Shown: piece by piece, positions 49,961 to 53,590 of the stretch
How positions within the stretch are numbered: position 1 is the first letter of the stretch
Layout: every line of letters starts with the position of its first letter
Assembly: GCA_029210545.1 (NCBI GenBank)
Contig: JARGFV010000002.1
Coordinates: 1-53,590 of the forward strand
Length of the DNA: 53,590 nt
Direction: 5' to 3'
Source of the DNA: a bacterium
Lineage (GTDB): Bacteria > BMS3Abin14
Made by a program: the position numbers and the translations under genes
Notes under the pieces: model-generated
Told to the model about the DNA's origin: nothing
Seen by the model: the letters and a program-made list of their open reading frames with translations, nothing else
Databases searched by the model: none

Positions 49961-51070
49961 GTGGAGGACGATCCATTGAAAAAGTCGCGCACGGGGGAAA
50001 GAATAGCTGCCCGACGCATGGGCGAACGGTTCGAGCGCGGTGATGCGCTGGAGCTGCTCAGGGAAATGCCCATGGGGCGCCTGATGGCTATGGCTCACGG
50101 TGCGCGTCTCGATCGCTACCCGGAGCCCGCTGTGACCTTCGTAATAGATACCAATCCGAACTACACGAACATCTGCGTCACCCGGTGCCTTTTCTGCGCC
50201 TTCTGCCGCCCGGGAAACGACGCGGATGCCTACACCCTTTCCCCGAAGCAGCTGGGCGAAAGGGTTAAGGCCGCTCACGACATCGGGGCGACAACCGTGC
50301 TGCTGCAGGGGGGGCACAACCCGGCTATCGGGCTGGGGGAATGGACAGCATACATCCGGGAGATCCGGAAAGCCTGTCCGGACATCCACATTCATCCTTT
50401 CAGCCCTGCCGAATACGTCTTCATGGCAGCTAAGGAGAAGATCAGCTACGAAGAGGCACTGCGGTCCGTATACCTCGAAGGAGTGGACACCATCCCTGGC
50501 GGAGGCGCCGAAATCCTGACCGAACGGGTACGACAGGCAATCGCGCCGGACAAGGCAACGACGAACGAATGGCTGGAGCTTAGTGAGACCGCACACCGGA
50601 TAGGGTTTAGAACTACCGCGACCATGATGTTCGGTCACATTGAAACAGATATGGACATTGTAGACCATCTTCTGTCGCTTCGGGCGGTGCAGGATCGTAC
50701 TGGAGGGTTTACCAGCTTTATTCCCTGGTCGTTCAAACCGGGCTGTTCACACCTCAGCCGGAAGGTTCCGTCCCCGGTACACCCGGCAAAGTATGTGCGA
50801 ATAATTGCTCTGGCACGCCTGGTGCTCGACAACTTCCCTCACATTCAATCTTCCTGGTTCAGCGAGAGCGTTCAGGCAGGGCAGCTGGGGCTGCTTGCCG
50901 GGGCAGACGATTTCGGAGGGGTGCTGATAGAAGAAAATGTGCTCAAGACAACCGGATACCGGAATACTTCCACGGTCGAAGAGGTTAAAAACATCATCCG
51001 AAGAGCGGGGTTCACACCGGCACAGAGAAACGGCTATTATCAGACCATTTGCGTCCAGAAGCCTGTGTGA
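49961..51070 (+). CDS. mqnC: Cyclic dehypoxanthinyl futalosine synthase (radical SAM)
   Basis: NPNYTNICVTRCLFC, LLQGGHNP, IPGGGAEIL, ATMMFGH, FIPWSF, HIQSSW, EENV. Start could be ATG 50018. Confidence 0.9.
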   Translation: MEDDPLKKSRTGERIAARRMGERFERGDALELLREMPMGRLMAMAHGARLDRYPEPAVTFVIDTNPNYTNICVTRCLFCAFCRPGNDADAYTLSPKQLGERVKAAHDIGATTVLLQGGHNPAIGLGEWTAYIREIRKACPDIHIHPFSPAEYVFMAAKEKISYEEALRSVYLEGVDTIPGGGAEILTERVRQAIAPDKATTNEWLELSETAHRIGFRTTATMMFGHIETDMDIVDHLLSLRAVQDRTGGFTSFIPWSFKPGCSHLSRKVPSPVHPAKYVRIIALARLVLDNFPHIQSSWFSESVQAGQLGLLAGADDFGGVLIEENVLKTTGYRNTSTVEEVKNIIRRAGFTPAQRNGYYQTICVQKPV

Positions 51071-51087
51071 GGTTCTCCGACCCGATA
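51059..51087 (-). repeat. Family B mini-element, copy B4 (overlaps the mqnC stop)
   Basis: AGCCTGTGTGAGGTTCTCCGAC is a 20/22 inverted match to 49915-49936. Confidence 0.6.
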
Positions 51088-51310
51088 CCCGCGATTGTAT
51101 TTATCGACCTCCGGTCGGCGGGCAAGAGATGCCGCTTTTTCGATCCGGGTCCAGAAAATGTGTCCGGGCAACGTCAGGAACCGGCAACCCGCACTTCTTG
51201 TATTCTTCTGCCGGCGACGCCGGAACCCCGGCCGGAGGGGCCCAATCGGCGGATTTCGGGGTGACACTGCCCTCTGGCAAGCGTCCCGATTATCTGGTAT
51301 TTAAGGAAAC

Positions 51311-52927
51311 ATGGAAACCGACGTTCTTATCATTGGATCGGGGGTGGCCGGTTTCATGACCGCCCTCAAGGTGGCAAGATTCGCAGACGTGACTCTTGTC
51401 ACCAAGCGATCGGCCGATGACACCTCCACCTCCAAGGCCCAGGGCGGTATCGCCACCGTCATGGACGACGCGGACCGGTTCGAATACCACATCCGGGACA
51501 CCCTCACCGCGGGAGCCGACCTCTGCCACGAGGACGTGGTGGAAACGATCATCAAGAACGGCCCGAGGGCCCTGAGGGAACTCATCGACCTGGGCGCTCA
51601 TTTCGACCTGTCTGCCAAAGGTACACTTGACCTTGGACGGGAGGGCGGACACAGCCATCGGCGCATCGTCCACGCGAAGGACATGACCGGGCGCGAGATC
51701 CAGCGGGTCATCCATGCCGCAGCCGACCGCAACGAACGGATCCGGGTCCTCGAAAACCACATGGCTCTGAACCTCGTGACCCTGGGCACCCTGGCCAACC
51801 GCCTGCCCGACGACCCGGCCACCGACCGGTGCCTGGGATGCTACATCCACAACGCGGTCACCGGTGAGATCTTTCCTCTCCTTGCAAGAACTGTTGTCCT
51901 GGCAACCGGCGGCGCCGGGAAAGCATACCTTTATACAAGCAACCCCGACGTCGTCTCCGGAGCGGGGATTTCCCTGGCCTATCGCATCGGGGCCGACATC
52001 GCCAACATGGAGTTCGTCCAGTTCCATCCCACCTGCCTTTATCACCCGGCGGCCAAATCGTTCCTCATCAGCGAAGCGGTCCGGGGCGAGGGGGCCGTGC
52101 TCAGGACCCTCGACGGAAACGCCTTCATGGGAGCCTATCACGAGATGAAGGACCTCGCACCAAGGGACATCGTGGCGAGGGCCATCGACAGCGAACTGAA
52201 AAAACGGGGCGACGACCACGCCCTGCTGGACATCACCCACAAGCCGGCCCGTGAGATCATCGACCGGTTTCCCAACATCTACCAGCAATGCCTCGAATAC
52301 GGATTCGACATGACGAAAGAACCCCTCCCCGTGGTCCCGGCGGCCCATTACCTTTGCGGAGGGGTCCGGACCGACCTGGACGGGAAAACCGCGGTCCCAG
52401 GGCTTTACGCCTGCGGGGAAACGGCGTGCACGGGACTTCACGGCGCCAACCGCCTGGCCAGCAACTCCCTTCTCGAAGCCCTCGTCATGGCCGACAGGAT
52501 CGCCTGCTCCATGGAGGCCGAATGGGATTCCCTCGCTCACCCCACGGCCTTGGACATTCCTGCCTGGGACCCGGGTGATGCCGTGGACTCCGACGAGAAC
52601 GTTGTCATCTCCCACAACTGGGACGAGATCAGGCGCACCATGTGGAACTACGTGGGGATCGTTCGTACCGACCGGCGCCTTGAAAGGGCCCTTCACCGCA
52701 TCGAGCTGTTGAAGCGGGAGGTGGAGGAGTACTACTGGAACTTCCGCATCACCAGGGATCTCATCGAACTGAGGAACCTTGTCTACGTCGCGCTCCTCAC
52801 GGTGCGCTGCGCCATGGCCCGCAAGGAGAGCCGCGGCCTCCACTACACCCTGGACTACCCGGAAAGGGACGAGGCGTACCGGAAGGACACGGTGATCAAC
52901 CGAAGGCAGTATATTAAAAGGCCGTGA
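51311..52927 (+). CDS. nadB: L-aspartate oxidase
   Basis: IIGSGVAG, AQGGIA, REGGHS, LATGGAG, MEFVQFHPT, LISEAVRGEG, PAAHYLCGG, GLHGANRLASNSLLE. Confidence 0.96.
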   Translation: METDVLIIGSGVAGFMTALKVARFADVTLVTKRSADDTSTSKAQGGIATVMDDADRFEYHIRDTLTAGADLCHEDVVETIIKNGPRALRELIDLGAHFDLSAKGTLDLGREGGHSHRRIVHAKDMTGREIQRVIHAAADRNERIRVLENHMALNLVTLGTLANRLPDDPATDRCLGCYIHNAVTGEIFPLLARTVVLATGGAGKAYLYTSNPDVVSGAGISLAYRIGADIANMEFVQFHPTCLYHPAAKSFLISEAVRGEGAVLRTLDGNAFMGAYHEMKDLAPRDIVARAIDSELKKRGDDHALLDITHKPAREIIDRFPNIYQQCLEYGFDMTKEPLPVVPAAHYLCGGVRTDLDGKTAVPGLYACGETACTGLHGANRLASNSLLEALVMADRIACSMEAEWDSLAHPTALDIPAWDPGDAVDSDENVVISHNWDEIRRTMWNYVGIVRTDRRLERALHRIELLKREVEEYYWNFRITRDLIELRNLVYVALLTVRCAMARKESRGLHYTLDYPERDEAYRKDTVINRRQYIKRP

Positions 52928-53103
52928 CTCGTGACTCGTGATTAGTACTTAGGGAACCCCCCGGCTTTGCCGGGGGTACATGGCTGACTCGCAACCCGTA
53001 ATCCGATAAGGTCTTTGTGAATTGCGATTAAATGGTTTTTGCAAACAGAACCAGGAATTTCCGCGATTTTTTCTAATTACGAATCACAAATTACGAATCA
53101 CGG
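52924..53103. repeat. Paired heptamer arms (GTGACTC... / ATTACGA ATCACAA ATTACGA ATCACGG) enclosing a GC-rich hairpin
   Basis: The left arm overlaps the nadB stop; CCCCCGGC-TTT-GCCGGGGG at 52958-52976. Confidence 0.7.
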
Positions 53104-53143
53104 CATCCATTTTTACTTGAAATCCGAAACAAGGATAAAAAAA

Positions 53144-53425
53144 ATGGAAAGTCCTCCTCCCGACCAGCGGATCCTCAACCTTCGAAACGCCATCGACACC
53201 GTGGACAGCCGCATTATCGAGCTTCTGCAGGAACGGGCCTCCCTCGCCCAGGAGATCGGCCAGGTGAAAAAGAAGATCGGCATGGCCATCCTGGATCCGG
53301 GCCGGGAGGGGAAGGTGAAAAAGAAGCTCGCCGCCGGCGCCCAGGGCCCCATGGACACCGAACAGCTGGTGAGGATCTACGAGGTCATCATGGCGGAAAG
53401 CCGGCGGTTGCAGGAGGAGGACTAG
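53144..53425 (+). CDS. Monofunctional chorismate mutase (AroQ/type II)
   Basis: LRNAIDTVDSRIIELLQERASLAQEIGQVK, DPGRE; ATG 53144. Confidence 0.85.
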   Translation: MESPPPDQRILNLRNAIDTVDSRIIELLQERASLAQEIGQVKKKIGMAILDPGREGKVKKKLAAGAQGPMDTEQLVRIYEVIMAESRRLQEED

Positions 53426-53474
53426 CAGCGTGTCGGAGAACCTCCCTTTTTCTTAGCAGGGAGGGCACAGGCTC
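53426..53474 (+). repeat. Family B mini-element, copy B5 (49 bp)
   Basis: CAGCGTGTCGGAGAACC...CACAGGCTC, flanked by CTAG at 53422-53425 and 53475-53478. Confidence 0.7.
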
Positions 53475-53534
53475 CTAGCCCGCATTATTCATGATGCAAA
53501 TGAGATGTCAGCCAACTGTGTGGCAATTAAAGAT

Positions 53535-53590
53535 GATGGACTCGCAAAAAGTCCATCAACGCGCCCCGCGCGGGGCGCCCAAATCAATGA
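53535..53590 (+). repeat. Family A copy A6, left part only, cut by window end
   Basis: GATGGACTCGCAAAAAGTCCATCAACGCGCCCCGCGCGGGGCGCCCAAATCAATGA. Confidence 0.9.

Noticed and set aside
47746-51070. CofH/CofG (F420) or ThiH assignment for the two radical SAM genes
   Set aside because: Context with mqnA, mqnD, ubiA, ubiD and ubiX, and the HLKSYW versus HIQSSW motifs, fit MqnE and MqnC.
51088-51310. NAD-sensing riboswitch upstream of nadB
   Set aside because: Only weak GC hairpins and no motif I can recognise; cannot be supported without a covariance model.
51290-52843. 517-aa minus-strand ORF
   Set aside because: Antisense shadow of nadB.

Overview
53.6 kb of mostly core chromosome from a high-GC Gram-negative bacterium whose gene order resembles deltaproteobacteria (Desulfobacterota/Myxococcota-like; inference). 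Order: lptCAB-rpoN-hpf-ptsN-hprK-rapZ-mannose-type PTS IIA/B/C/D-HPr, metK-ahcY, lptGF (minus strand), two CheW-like genes-romR-valS-nadC, birA-coaX, fusA2-SPOR-helical hypothetical-MglA-like GTPase, comEC-REC/GAF/GGDEF-hisS-DUF4388/REC/GAF-aspS, mdh-fumarase alpha/beta, an eight-gene futalosine menaquinone cluster, nadB and chorismate mutase. No rRNA, tRNA, CRISPR or intact transposase was seen. Two things stand out. (1) A signalling set sits among housekeeping genes: a GGDEF protein with the Hypr Asp-to-Ser signature of 3',3'-cGAMP synthases, a neighbouring protein with degenerate MshEN-like motifs, a RomR homologue, and an MglA-like GTPase with a long acidic tail ending in a MinD-like amphipathic peptide. 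(2) The intergenic spacers hold a layered repeat system: a ~155-bp five-hairpin element (6 copies, with compensatory stem changes), a 28-50-bp IS5-like mini-element (5 copies), paired inverted 7/8-mer tandem arms in many spacers, an IS1380-like remnant and three perfect palindromes of 28-42 bp. All protein calls come from motif recognition by eye, not from database searches.
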